41,974 nucleotides of DNA from Lachnospiraceae bacterium. Lineage in GTDB: Bacteria > Bacillota > Clostridia > Lachnospirales > Lachnospiraceae. The translations under genes were made by a program, and so were the position numbers. Below, in pieces: positions 7,753-15,865 of the stretch (within the stretch, counting starts at the first letter, position 1; each line of letters opens with the position of its first letter). The DNA lies in contig JAJQDL010000095.1 of assembly GCA_021202235.1 (NCBI GenBank), positions 1 through 41,974 of the forward strand, written 5' to 3'. Under the pieces are notes generated by a model, which did not search any database, had not been told where the DNA came from, and worked only from the letters and a program-made list of their open reading frames with translations.

Positions 7753-8979
7753 ATGAAGAAGATCAGTATCTGGCTGCTCTGCCTGGCGATGGTCGTTTCT
7801 TTGGCGGCCTGCAGTTCGTCGGAGGAGGCCGATACCACGGCTGCGGAGACAGAGGAAACTGTCGGGGAGACGGACACGGAGGTGGCAGACTATGATGCCG
7901 CAGACTATGTGACGCTGGGGGCTTACACCGGCTTCGAGGTGGACAAGGTAGCTACGGAGGTCACGGAGGACGACGTGGCGGAAGAGATCGAGATGGAGAT
8001 GGAGGAGAACGCTGCGGAGACCGACGTGGAGGAGGCCGAGGACAGCGACTATCTTGATATTGACTATCAGGTCCTGGTGGACGGCGAGGCCGTTGACATC
8101 GAGAACTATGGAGAGACCATCGAGGGCGGCAGCGAGGAAGGACGTTCCATCATGATCGGCTTCGCGGAGCTGGGCACGGAGCTGGACGAGGCTCTGATCG
8201 GTGTGAAGGCCGGCGACACGCTGAGTGTGGATATCACGATGGATGGCGATGTCTTCGGAGAGGATCTGGACGGCGTGGAGGCGACCATCGAGGTGACGGT
8301 GAACCGGGTCTATACCTATGTGACGCCGGATCTGACGGATGAGTACGTGCAGGAATATACGGACTATGACACGGTGGAGGAGTACCGCGCCGCGGTGCAG
8401 GAGAGCCTGGAGACCTCCACGGAGGAGTCCAACCTCTATGAGGCCGGTGAGCTGGCTCTGGGCCTGGCGGTGGCCGAGGCGACCTTCAGCGGTTATCCAG
8501 AGGATCTCTATGAGAGCACCTATCAGGAACTGGATGATATCTATTCATACTATGCGGAAATGTTCGGCATGGACCGGACCGACCTGATCTCGGACGATGA
8601 TCTGGAGACGGCAGTGGAGAATGAAGTCTATACGCTTCTGGTCATCCAGGCCATCGCCGAGGCCGAAGGACTGGAGCTCACCGAGGAGGAATATCAGGAA
8701 TACGTAGAGACGAATCTGGACGAGTACGGCGTGGAGAGTGAAGATGAGCTCTACGAATACTATGAAGAGGACGATGTGCGCGCCGAGGCGCTGCGCGAGA
8801 AGATCGCGGAGTACATTCTTGACAATTCGACCCTGGTGGAGATAAGCCAGGAGGAATACGACGCGAAGTATTATGGTGAGGAAGAGGCGGAAGAAGATGT
8901 CGAAGAGGGAGACATCGAAGAAGAATCGCTGGAAGAGTTCAGTGAGGACGAAGAATCCGTCGGGGACACCGAAGAGTAA
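7753..8979 (+). CDS. Trigger-factor-like lipoprotein (FKBP-type PPIase-like domain plus TF C-terminal-like domain), extremely acidic
   Basis: Start set at MKKISIWLLCLAMVVSLAAC (lipobox LAAC, GGAGG RBS). DYLDIDYQVLVDGEAV...IGVKAGDTLSVDI...VEATIEVTVNRV follows the trigger-factor PPIase pattern. The C-terminal tail is almost entirely D/E. Confidence 0.65.
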   Translation: MKKISIWLLCLAMVVSLAACSSSEEADTTAAETEETVGETDTEVADYDAADYVTLGAYTGFEVDKVATEVTEDDVAEEIEMEMEENAAETDVEEAEDSDYLDIDYQVLVDGEAVDIENYGETIEGGSEEGRSIMIGFAELGTELDEALIGVKAGDTLSVDITMDGDVFGEDLDGVEATIEVTVNRVYTYVTPDLTDEYVQEYTDYDTVEEYRAAVQESLETSTEESNLYEAGELALGLAVAEATFSGYPEDLYESTYQELDDIYSYYAEMFGMDRTDLISDDDLETAVENEVYTLLVIQAIAEAEGLELTEEEYQEYVETNLDEYGVESEDELYEYYEEDDVRAEALREKIAEYILDNSTLVEISQEEYDAKYYGEEEAEEDVEEGDIEEESLEEFSEDEESVGDTEE

Positions 8980-8997
8980 GATGTAAGTGGACAGAAA

Positions 8998-9040
8998 GGC
9001 GCCGCCTGCAGAAATGATCCTGCGGGCGGCGCTTCTGTCT
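8998..9040. terminator. Bidirectional terminator
   Basis: GGCGCCGCCTGCAG pairs with CTGCGGGCGGCGCT (one mismatch), with T-rich tails on both strands. It sits between convergent genes. Confidence 0.6.
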
Positions 9041-9059
9041 GTCCTGTCTCATGTGTCTG

Positions 9060-9176
9060 TCACGTCTGAGAATATATATCGTCGGAGTCCTTTGTCTTCT
9101 TTCCAGACTTTCCAAAGAACATAACGGCAAATAAGAGAGCTAACACAACGAGAGATTCCACGGCTTCTGTGAACAT
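9060..9176 (-). CDS. Candidate 38-aa single-TM small protein
   Basis: MFTEAVESLVVLALLFAVMFFGKSGKKTKDSDDIYSQT has a hydrophobic helix followed by a charged tail. GGAAGGGAG lies 9 nt upstream of the ATG. It has its own promoter-like signal and a terminator. Confidence 0.4.
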   Translation of the reverse strand: MFTEAVESLVVLALLFAVMFFGKSGKKTKDSDDIYSQT

Positions 9177-9256
9177 ATAACGCATCTCCCTTCCAACATT
9201 TAACCCACAGCGCCGCGTTTGATGCATCTGGCGCTGTCTTACGATAACTATAATAC

Positions 9257-9285
9257 TATTATCGCGCAAACGCAGGAAAAGTCAA
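9257..9285 (-). promoter_or_regulatory. Sigma-A-like promoter candidate for the small ORF
   Basis: On the minus strand: TTGACT (9285-9280), a 17-nt spacer, then ATAATA (9262-9257). Confidence 0.35.
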
Positions 9286-9317
9286 TAGGAAAATGCAAAA
9301 AAAATAAAAAATGTGAT

Positions 9318-9361
9318 GACAAAAAGCCAACATAGACAAACTCATGGTCGTCCATGTTGGC
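9318..9361 (-). terminator. Rho-independent terminator of metG
   Basis: On the minus strand GCCAACATGGAC pairs with GTCTATGTTGGC and is followed by TTTTTG. Confidence 0.65.
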
Positions 9362-9438
9362 TCTGTGAAAATGCGCTGGTGCGCGGTGGAGGAGAAAAAG
9401 CCGTTTCTTGTTCGATCGGTAAACGGCAGGAAGGCGTC

Positions 9439-11475
9439 TTAGCAGATCTCCGCACCGGCGGGCATCTCGCGCTCGGGAACGACCAGGGAGAGCCTACCCT
9501 CGGCGTCTTCGGCACAGAGGATCATGCCCTCGGAGAGGAGCCCGGCGAGCTTCGCGGGCTTGAGATTCGTCACAACCATGACCTTCTTGCCCACCATTTC
9601 TTCGGGGCTGTAGGAGGACTTGATGCCGGAGACAATCTGTTTTACCTGGGAGCCAATCTTCACCTGAGAGCAGAGGAGCTTCCGCGACTTCTTCACGGCC
9701 TCGCAGGAAAGGATCTCGCCCACCTGAAACTGCAGCTTCGAGAAGTCGTCGAAGGTGATCTCGTCTTTGGCCGGGAGGTCGATGCCCTCGGGGGCTTCCG
9801 CAGAGGTGTCGGTGGCTTCGGTCGTCTGATCGGCTGCCGTGTCGGCCTTTTCGCTGTCGTCCGCCGTCTCGTTTTCCGCTGACGCGAACCGCTCATCGAT
9901 CTCCGCCAGGACCTTCCTGGCGTCCAGACGGGCGAAGAGGATCTCCGGCTTGTCGGTGACCTTCTGCCCCGAAGGGTAGGTGCCGAATACGGTCAGCTCG
10001 TCCAGGCTGCGGATCGAGGTGTTCAGCTGCTTCACGATGCGTTCCGCGGTCTCCGGCATGAAGGAAGTGAGCAGCGTCGCGCCGAAGGTGATGCCTTCCA
10101 CGAGGTTGTAGAGGACCGTCGCCAGGCGGTCTTTTTTGCTCTCATCCTTCGCCAGCGCCCAGGGCATGGTCTCGTCGATGTATTTGTTGCAGCGTTTGAA
10201 CAGGTTGAAGATCTCGGTGATGGCGTCCGCGACCCGCAGCTTCTCCATGCGCTCATCCACCTTGCGCACGGTCTCCAGGGCGAAGGCCGCCAGCTCGTCG
10301 TCCACCGGCTCCTTCACGCCGGCGTTGGTCACGACGCCGTCAAAATATTTGTTGCCCATGGCGAAGGTGCGCTTCACCAGATTACCTAGTTTGTTGGACA
10401 GGTCTGAGTTGATGCGTTCCACGACCAGATCCCAGGAAATGATGCCGTCATTTTCAAAAGGCATCTCGTGAAGAACGAAATACCGCACGGCGTCCACGCC
10501 AAAGAGCTCCGCCATGTCGTCCGCGTAGATGACATTTCCCTTGGATTTGCTCATCTTGCCGTCGCCCTGCAGCAGCCAGGGATGGCCGAAGACCTGCTTC
10601 GGCAGCGGCAGATCCAGCGCCATCAGGAAGATGGGCCAGTAGATCGTATGGAAACGGATGATGTCTTTGCCGATCAGATGCAGATCCGCGGGCCAGTATT
10701 TGTTGAAATTCTCGCTGTGGCTGCCGTCGGCGTCATAGCCGATGCCGGTGATGTAGTTGGTCAGGGCGTCCAGCCACACATAGGTGACGTGCTTCGGGTC
10801 GAAATCCACCGGGATGCCCCAGGAGAAGGAGGTCCGGGAGACGCAGAGGTCCTGCAGGCCCGGCAGCAGGAAATTGTTCATCATCTCGTTCTTGCGGGAA
10901 ACGGGCTGAATGAATTCCGGATGCTCGTTGATGTGCTGAATCAGGCGGTCGGCGTATTTGCTCATACGGAAGAAATAGGCCTCCTCGCGGGCCGGCTGCA
11001 CCTCGCGGCCGCAGTCGGGGCATTTGCCGTCCACCAGCTGGGACTCGGTGAAGAAGGACTCGCAGGGCGTGCAGTACAGACCCTCGTAGTAGCCCTTGTA
11101 GATGTCGCCCTGGTCATAGAGCTTGCGGAAGATCTTCTGCACCTGCGCTTCGTGGTCGGCGTCTGTGGTGCGGATGAATTTGTCGTAGGAGGTGTTAAGC
11201 AGGTCCCAGATCCGCTTGATCTCGGCGGCATTTTTATCGACCAGCTCCTTCGGCGTGACACCGGCCTCCTGGGCCTTCAGTTCGATTTTCTGGCCGTGCT
11301 CGTCCGTGCCGGTCTGGAAGAATACATCATAGCCCTGGGCTCTCTTGTAGCGGGCGATGCTGTCCGCCAGCACGACTTCGTAGCTGTTGCCGATGTGGGG
11401 CTTGCCGGAGGTATAGGCGATCGCCGTGGTGATATAGTAGGGCTTCCCCTTCTTCGTGTTGCATTTCTCGCACAT
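9439..11475 (-). CDS. metG: Methionine--tRNA ligase with C-terminal tRNA-binding (Trbp111/EMAP-like) domain
   Basis: 678 aa with HIGN (HIGH-type) and KMSKS motifs and the CTPCESF...CPDCG zinc knuckle. An acidic T/A/D/E-rich linker precedes the C-terminal OB-fold segment GKKVMVVTNLKPAKLAG. Confidence 0.95.
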   Translation of the reverse strand: MCEKCNTKKGKPYYITTAIAYTSGKPHIGNSYEVVLADSIARYKRAQGYDVFFQTGTDEHGQKIELKAQEAGVTPKELVDKNAAEIKRIWDLLNTSYDKFIRTTDADHEAQVQKIFRKLYDQGDIYKGYYEGLYCTPCESFFTESQLVDGKCPDCGREVQPAREEAYFFRMSKYADRLIQHINEHPEFIQPVSRKNEMMNNFLLPGLQDLCVSRTSFSWGIPVDFDPKHVTYVWLDALTNYITGIGYDADGSHSENFNKYWPADLHLIGKDIIRFHTIYWPIFLMALDLPLPKQVFGHPWLLQGDGKMSKSKGNVIYADDMAELFGVDAVRYFVLHEMPFENDGIISWDLVVERINSDLSNKLGNLVKRTFAMGNKYFDGVVTNAGVKEPVDDELAAFALETVRKVDERMEKLRVADAITEIFNLFKRCNKYIDETMPWALAKDESKKDRLATVLYNLVEGITFGATLLTSFMPETAERIVKQLNTSIRSLDELTVFGTYPSGQKVTDKPEILFARLDARKVLAEIDERFASAENETADDSEKADTAADQTTEATDTSAEAPEGIDLPAKDEITFDDFSKLQFQVGEILSCEAVKKSRKLLCSQVKIGSQVKQIVSGIKSSYSPEEMVGKKVMVVTNLKPAKLAGLLSEGMILCAEDAEGRLSLVVPEREMPAGAEIC

Positions 11476-11633
11476 AGAATAGTCTCCTTCTGATATGAAA
11501 ATAAAACTCCCGTCCGCGTTTCCGAGGACGAGAGCGTTCGCTTCGTGTTACCACCTGGATATGCTTCCGCCTCGCGGCGGGGAGCCTCTCCTCTTCTTAG
11601 CCTTTGTCTGGTCGAAGACACATTGCATATTCG
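11476..11633 (-). promoter_or_regulatory. T-box riboswitch leader of metG
   Basis: The minus strand reads AUCCAGGUGGUAACACGAAG (plus 11543-11556), matching the T-box GGUGGUA core. A CGCC-GCGA-GGCG hairpin precedes it. A terminator follows (CTCTCGTCC/GGACGGGAG plus a U-run, plus 11498-11534). The terminator's 5' arm can alternatively pair with the T-box sequence. Confidence 0.7.
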
Positions 11634-11639
11634 ACGCTT

Positions 11640-11669
11640 ATTGTACACCAGCGCTTCGGGAATTGTCAA
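11640..11669 (-). promoter_or_regulatory. Sigma-A promoter candidate for the metG leader
   Basis: On the minus strand: TTGACA (11669-11664), an 18-nt spacer, then TACAAT (11645-11640). Confidence 0.55.
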
Positions 11670-11690
11670 GGCGGCGGGGGAATCAATCGC

Positions 11691-11846
11691 TTATTTGAGT
11701 TTCTTCTTCCCGGTCAGGAAGACGGTTGCCAGAAAGGCGGTGAGGGGGACGGTGAGGACGACGCCCAGGCTGCCGGAGAGACCCTGCATGATCTCGATGC
11801 CGATGACGTAGGAATTTAACAGCTGGTTGACGCTGAGGGCGTAGTC
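11691..11846 (-). other. In-frame continuation of the YibE/F gene beyond its TAG stop (encodes the expected last TM segment)
   Basis: Immediately after TAG (11847-11849) the same frame reads DYALSVNQLLNSYVIGIEIMQGLSGSLGVVLTVPLTAFLATVFLTGKKKLK, ending at TAA (11691-11693). This matches the conserved C-terminal helix of YibE/F proteins. Confidence 0.6.
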
Positions 11847-12884
11847 CTAGTCGATGAGGAGGGTGGAGCGGGCGCTTCCCACGTAGGCCAGGATCAGCGT
11901 GTTGGTCATGGTCCCCATCATGTCGCGCCCGACATGGATGCCCGACAGGAAGAGCTGGCGGGGGGTGAGGGTGGGCGCCTGTTCATGGATCTCCTGGATC
12001 GTGGAGGCGATGGACATGCCGACGTCCATGACCGCGCCCAGGGAGGAGAGGATGATTCCGGCGAAGAGTAACTGACCGATGCGGATGTTTGTGTACTGTC
12101 CCACATAATTCAGCGTCTCGATGTCGGAGACATTGTAGCCGGTGATGCCGGCGGCGGCGCCGAAGGCGAGGGCTGAGAGCCCGGCGATGGCGACGCCGAG
12201 GGTGGTGCCGCAGACGGCAGCGGCCGTCTTCTTCGTGAAGCCTCCCAGCAGCCCCAGCGTCACCAGCGTGACCAGCATGGCGACGAGGATGGTCACGCCG
12301 ATCGGGGAAGCGCCGCGGTAGATCAGGGGGAAGAGGATGTAGAGGACGCAAAGGAAGGTGAAGGCCAGGCTGGCGATGGCCATGACGCCCCGGCGTCCGC
12401 CGATGAGGCAGACGATGAGCGCGAAGAAGAGGACGAAGCCCAGGATGGCCAGAGAGCGGTCCTGACTGTAGATGGTGACCAGCTGGGAGTCTCCGGAGTC
12501 GCTGAAGATGACGATGACCTTCATGCCGACGGTGCAGTCCGCGCCGAAGAGCGTGCCGCTGGGGCTGTTGGCCTCGAATTCCTCGCCGGTGTAGGCGCCG
12601 CTGCGCATGCGCACGACGACGGTCTGGCTGCCGTAGCGGTTGCCGTCTTCCTGTATGTTATCCTGCAGGATCTGCGTCACGGTCGCCTGTTCATAGCTCT
12701 GGCCTTCCGTGGAGATCAAAGCCGTTTTCTCGAAATGCCCCGCGCACACCGCGGCGGCGACGAAGAGAATCACGCAGATCACAAAGAGGAGAATGTTCTT
12801 TTTTCTGGAATTCAACCAAGAAATGATCGGTGAAGAAGAATGTTTCATGATGCTTAACCCCGTATCAGACTGCCGGTCCGCCAC
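11847..12884 (-). CDS. YibE/F family membrane protein, ended prematurely by an amber codon (possible pseudogene)
   Basis: One N-terminal TM, an extracytoplasmic segment, then a multi-TM core (LGAVMDVGMSIASTIQEI) typical of YibE/F. The start is uncertain: GTG at 12884 or ATG at 12848, neither with a good RBS. Confidence 0.75.
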   Translation of the reverse strand: MADRQSDTGLSIMKHSSSPIISWLNSRKKNILLFVICVILFVAAAVCAGHFEKTALISTEGQSYEQATVTQILQDNIQEDGNRYGSQTVVVRMRSGAYTGEEFEANSPSGTLFGADCTVGMKVIVIFSDSGDSQLVTIYSQDRSLAILGFVLFFALIVCLIGGRRGVMAIASLAFTFLCVLYILFPLIYRGASPIGVTILVAMLVTLVTLGLLGGFTKKTAAAVCGTTLGVAIAGLSALAFGAAAGITGYNVSDIETLNYVGQYTNIRIGQLLFAGIILSSLGAVMDVGMSIASTIQEIHEQAPTLTPRQLFLSGIHVGRDMMGTMTNTLILAYVGSARSTLLID

Positions 12885-12899
12885 TCGAACCGCACAGGG

Positions 12900-12933
12900 A
12901 AGTAAGAGAAGGGGCCGCCGGGCGGCCCCTCTC
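12900..12933 (-). terminator. Rho-independent terminator of the metallophosphoesterase gene
   Basis: GC-rich palindrome GGGGCCGCC/GGCGGCCCC followed on the minus strand by TTCTCTTACT. Confidence 0.6.
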
Positions 12934-12959
12934 AGATGACTGTTGCTTAAGGAATGCGT

Positions 12960-15557
12960 TTACTTGCAGGTGATGCTCTTTATGGTGCTGTAGGAGCCGT
13001 AGGCTCTCTTCCCGTTGATGGTCGTGTAAGCGCGGACCTTCACGTAGTATTTTTGGCCCTTCTTAAGATTCTTGATGGTCTTGGAGGTCGTCTTGTTTGT
13101 CTTAATGATAACCTTGGTGATATTCTTGGTGAAGGACTTGTTGGTCGCGTAGACGATTTCGTAGCCGCTCGCCTTGGTATCCTTCGTCCAGGTGACCTTG
13201 ATCTGCTTTGTCTTGGTGGACTTGACAGACACAGTCTGCTTCTTGGGTACTACCTTGAGCGTGATCTTCTTGGTTGCCTTGCTGTAGGAGGCGGTGGCAG
13301 CGGCCGTCACTGTGATCGTGGTCTTGCCGGTGCCCTTGATGGTGACCTTGCCCTTGCTGCTTACGGTGGCGACACTGGTGTCGGAGGACTTGTAGGTCAG
13401 CTTGCCGTCGCCGTTGGTTTCGGCATCCAGCGTGAAGCTCGAGGCGCCGTACGCCTTCTTATAAGAAGTCGTGGCGGTGATCTTCTGCGTCTTGACGGTG
13501 GTGGCTGCCTTGGCGACGGTCACGGTAATCTTCATGGTGGCCTGGCTGTAAGTGGCGGTCTCCGCGGCTGTCACGGTGATCGTAGCAGTGCCGCTGCCGA
13601 GGATGGTGACTTTCCCCTTGGAGGAAACAGTGAGCACATCCTCGTTGGAGGACTCATAGGTCAGCTTGCCGTCGCCATCCGTTTTGGCGTCCAGCGTGAA
13701 GGCTGCGTCGCCGACGGTCTTGCTGTAGGAGGTCGTACCGGTGATGGTCTGCGTCTTCAGAGCCGGAGTCTCAGCCTTGGTGACAGTCACGGTGACGGTC
13801 ATGCTGGCTTCCTTGTAGGAATCGGTGGCTGCGGCGGTCACGGTGATCGTGGCGGTGCCTTCGCCGGTGATGGTGACCTTGCCGCTCTTGGAGACAACCG
13901 CGACATCCTCATCGGAGGACTCATAGGTGAGCTTGCCGTCGCCGGTGGTCTGCGCATCCAGCGTGAAGGCTGCGTCGTCGGTGGTCTTGGTATAGGTCTG
14001 GATCCCGGTGATCGTCTGCTCGCCGGCTTCCTCTTCCTTCACGATCGTGTAGGAGGTGGCACCTTCCAGTACCCGTCCGGTTTCCACATCATAGGTGGTC
14101 ATGGTGAAGGTGGTATCCGTCACATCGATGACCGCATAGGTGGGCGTCCAGGTCTGGCTGCGCTCGGAGATGTAATCCTGCTGCGAAGCGATCAGGTTAT
14201 AGAATTTGGAACCGGTGGCGGAGTTGGCCTCCAGGTAGACGGTTCCCTCGGGGTTGACGACCGTGCCGCCGACCGTGTCGCTCTCGATCGTGTAGCAGAG
14301 GTTATCATTTTGATAGCTCTCATCACTTGAGGAACCGGAGGTGTAAGTTGAGTGCTCCTGGCCGTCGCTGGAGAGCTGGTAGGTACGGGAATAGGTGTGA
14401 TCGTGGCCCTGCAGCACGACGTCGATGTCGTACTCATCCATGAGGGGCGTCAGCTGGGTCCGCAGTACCATGCCGTCAGAATCAGAGTGGTCATAACCGG
14501 AACCGTAGATGTCCTGGTGGAAGACCACCACGCGCCAGGTCGCGTCAGGATTTTCCTTGACGGCCTTCGCGATCACGTTCTCATGCGTCGAACAGTTGTA
14601 GTTGTTGGTGTCCAGCACGATGAAGAGGACGCTGCCGTAGGTGTAGTAGTAATCCGTTCCGGCGGCCGTCTTTCCGGTCGTATAATCCCCCGTCTCATCA
14701 TCGTCGAAGGTGTTGGGGTTGTTGAAGTGCAGCGAATACTGGATGGAGGTCGAGTCGTGGTTGCCGATGGTCGTGGCAACCGGCAGAGAATCCAAAGCCT
14801 CGGCACTCAGGTAACCGGCATATTCGGTCTCATTTTGGGAATAGTTCACCTGGTCGCCGGCGGAGACCATGAAGCTTACTTCACTGTGGGCCGACAGGGC
14901 TTCATTCAGCGTTTCGTTCCAGTTGTAAGCGTCGTTGCGGGCAGCCAGGTTCGCGCTTTCGTCCGTCTCGTTCGCAACGTTGTTCGAGGAGGAATTCATT
15001 GTGTCGCCCTCGGTGCTGGTCTGGCTCTTAGAGGCGCCGATCTGAGGATCACCCACGTACAGGAAGGAGAATTCAGAGAAGGACTTGGTGCTGTATTCCA
15101 CGGCTTCCTGCCAGGCTCCGTTCTGGTAGACCTGGTAATAATACTGTGTGTTCTCCGTAAGACCGGTGACCGTGACCTTGTTGCTGTAGTAACCGGCCAT
15201 GCTGCTGTCGGTGAGCGCTTCAACGTCAGTCTGTGTGCCGCTGAACTCTGTGGCGTTGCTCATGTCTTCACTGGTGGAGATACGCACAGCGGGTGTCTCC
15301 GCGGTCTGACAATACCAGGCGAAGTTCAGCTGTGTCTCGTCCTCGCCGGGGGTCAGGGAGACCTGCTCGTAATCGTTGCTGACGGTCTTCCAGGCTTCCT
15401 TCCAGGCCGTCCAGGCGGTGGACTCCGTGGAAGCGTCGTTCCAGTGTTCCGTCGCCGCATAGGTGGTGACGGGCGCCGCACTCACTGTCAGGCCCAGGAT
15501 CATGGCCGATGACAGCAGCCCGGCGGTTGCCTTCGTGAGATTCTTTCTCATTTTCAT
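12960..15557 (-). CDS. Secreted metallophosphoesterase (purple-acid-phosphatase-like N-domain plus calcineurin-like core) with three Big_2 domains and a C-terminal FN3 domain
   Basis: A signal peptide, then the motifs GDPQ, GDQVNY, GNHD, VVFHQD and GHDHTY. Three 84-89-aa repeats follow (TLDAxTxGDGKLTYxSS...GKVTIxGxGTATITVTAA). The end is an FN3-like segment (KVTWTKDTKASGYEIVY...YYVKVRAY). No LPXTG or SLH anchor is visible. Confidence 0.85.
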   Translation of the reverse strand: MKMRKNLTKATAGLLSSAMILGLTVSAAPVTTYAATEHWNDASTESTAWTAWKEAWKTVSNDYEQVSLTPGEDETQLNFAWYCQTAETPAVRISTSEDMSNATEFSGTQTDVEALTDSSMAGYYSNKVTVTGLTENTQYYYQVYQNGAWQEAVEYSTKSFSEFSFLYVGDPQIGASKSQTSTEGDTMNSSSNNVANETDESANLAARNDAYNWNETLNEALSAHSEVSFMVSAGDQVNYSQNETEYAGYLSAEALDSLPVATTIGNHDSTSIQYSLHFNNPNTFDDDETGDYTTGKTAAGTDYYYTYGSVLFIVLDTNNYNCSTHENVIAKAVKENPDATWRVVVFHQDIYGSGYDHSDSDGMVLRTQLTPLMDEYDIDVVLQGHDHTYSRTYQLSSDGQEHSTYTSGSSSDESYQNDNLCYTIESDTVGGTVVNPEGTVYLEANSATGSKFYNLIASQQDYISERSQTWTPTYAVIDVTDTTFTMTTYDVETGRVLEGATSYTIVKEEEAGEQTITGIQTYTKTTDDAAFTLDAQTTGDGKLTYESSDEDVAVVSKSGKVTITGEGTATITVTAAATDSYKEASMTVTVTVTKAETPALKTQTITGTTSYSKTVGDAAFTLDAKTDGDGKLTYESSNEDVLTVSSKGKVTILGSGTATITVTAAETATYSQATMKITVTVAKAATTVKTQKITATTSYKKAYGASSFTLDAETNGDGKLTYKSSDTSVATVSSKGKVTIKGTGKTTITVTAAATASYSKATKKITLKVVPKKQTVSVKSTKTKQIKVTWTKDTKASGYEIVYATNKSFTKNITKVIIKTNKTTSKTIKNLKKGQKYYVKVRAYTTINGKRAYGSYSTIKSITCK
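13239..14022 (-). repeat. Three tandem coding repeats (Big_2-type Ig-like domains), period 264-267 bp
   Basis: The anchor CTTGCCGTCG recurs at 13401, 13665 and 13932, with long stretches of similar flanking DNA. Confidence 0.75.
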
Positions 15558-15730
15558 ATTCCCTCTTTTCCGGGCGCTCTGCGCCCTGTCTTGAAACTGG
15601 TACGCGCCCGGGGAGAAATGCTTCTCACCGCGACGCGTATCATTCTGTTGGAAACAGTTTCAATTATAGAATCCTATTGGAAAGAAAATATTATGGGGAG
15701 GTAAAGACCGGGTAAATTTGAAGAAAGTGT

Positions 15731-15774
15731 GAAAAAAAGAGAAACGCAGAAAAACAGCGCCGAACGGCTGTTTT
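15731..15774 (-). terminator. Rho-independent terminator of the etf-dehydrogenase-permease operon
   Basis: On the minus strand AAAACAGC pairs with GCTGTTTT and is followed by a T-rich tail (TCTGCGTTTCTCTTTTTTT). Confidence 0.6.
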
Positions 15775-15865
15775 AAGGCAGTTCGACGCTGATGGAAGCG
15801 GCAAAATGAGGTTGTGTTTTCCTTCTGTGCTGGAGAGTATGATGTCGGGGATATTTTCTGTATCC

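Noticed and set aside
11847-11849. The amber codon as a pyrrolysine codon
   Set aside because: No pyl genes are visible in this window, and YibE/F is not a methylamine methyltransferase. A simple nonsense mutation or sequence error is more parsimonious.
13239-14022. A regularly spaced DNA repeat that could look like an array (CRISPR-like periodicity)
   Set aside because: The period is about 265 bp with no short-repeat/spacer structure. The repeats are in frame inside one ORF and encode Big_2 domains.
12954-14330. Long antisense ORFs opposite recognised genes: 12954-14330(+), 14352-15512(+), 15806-16942(+), 19054-20622(+), 5919-6941(-), 10468-11493(+), 25999-27030(-), 27327-28217(-), 28843-29922(-), 32995-34185(-), 34237-34932(-), 38139-40211(-)
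   Set aside because: They are shadow ORFs typical of GC-rich coding DNA. Their translations are low-complexity and rich in G, R, A, H and D. They have no RBS or recognisable motifs, and each lies opposite a gene with clear family signatures.
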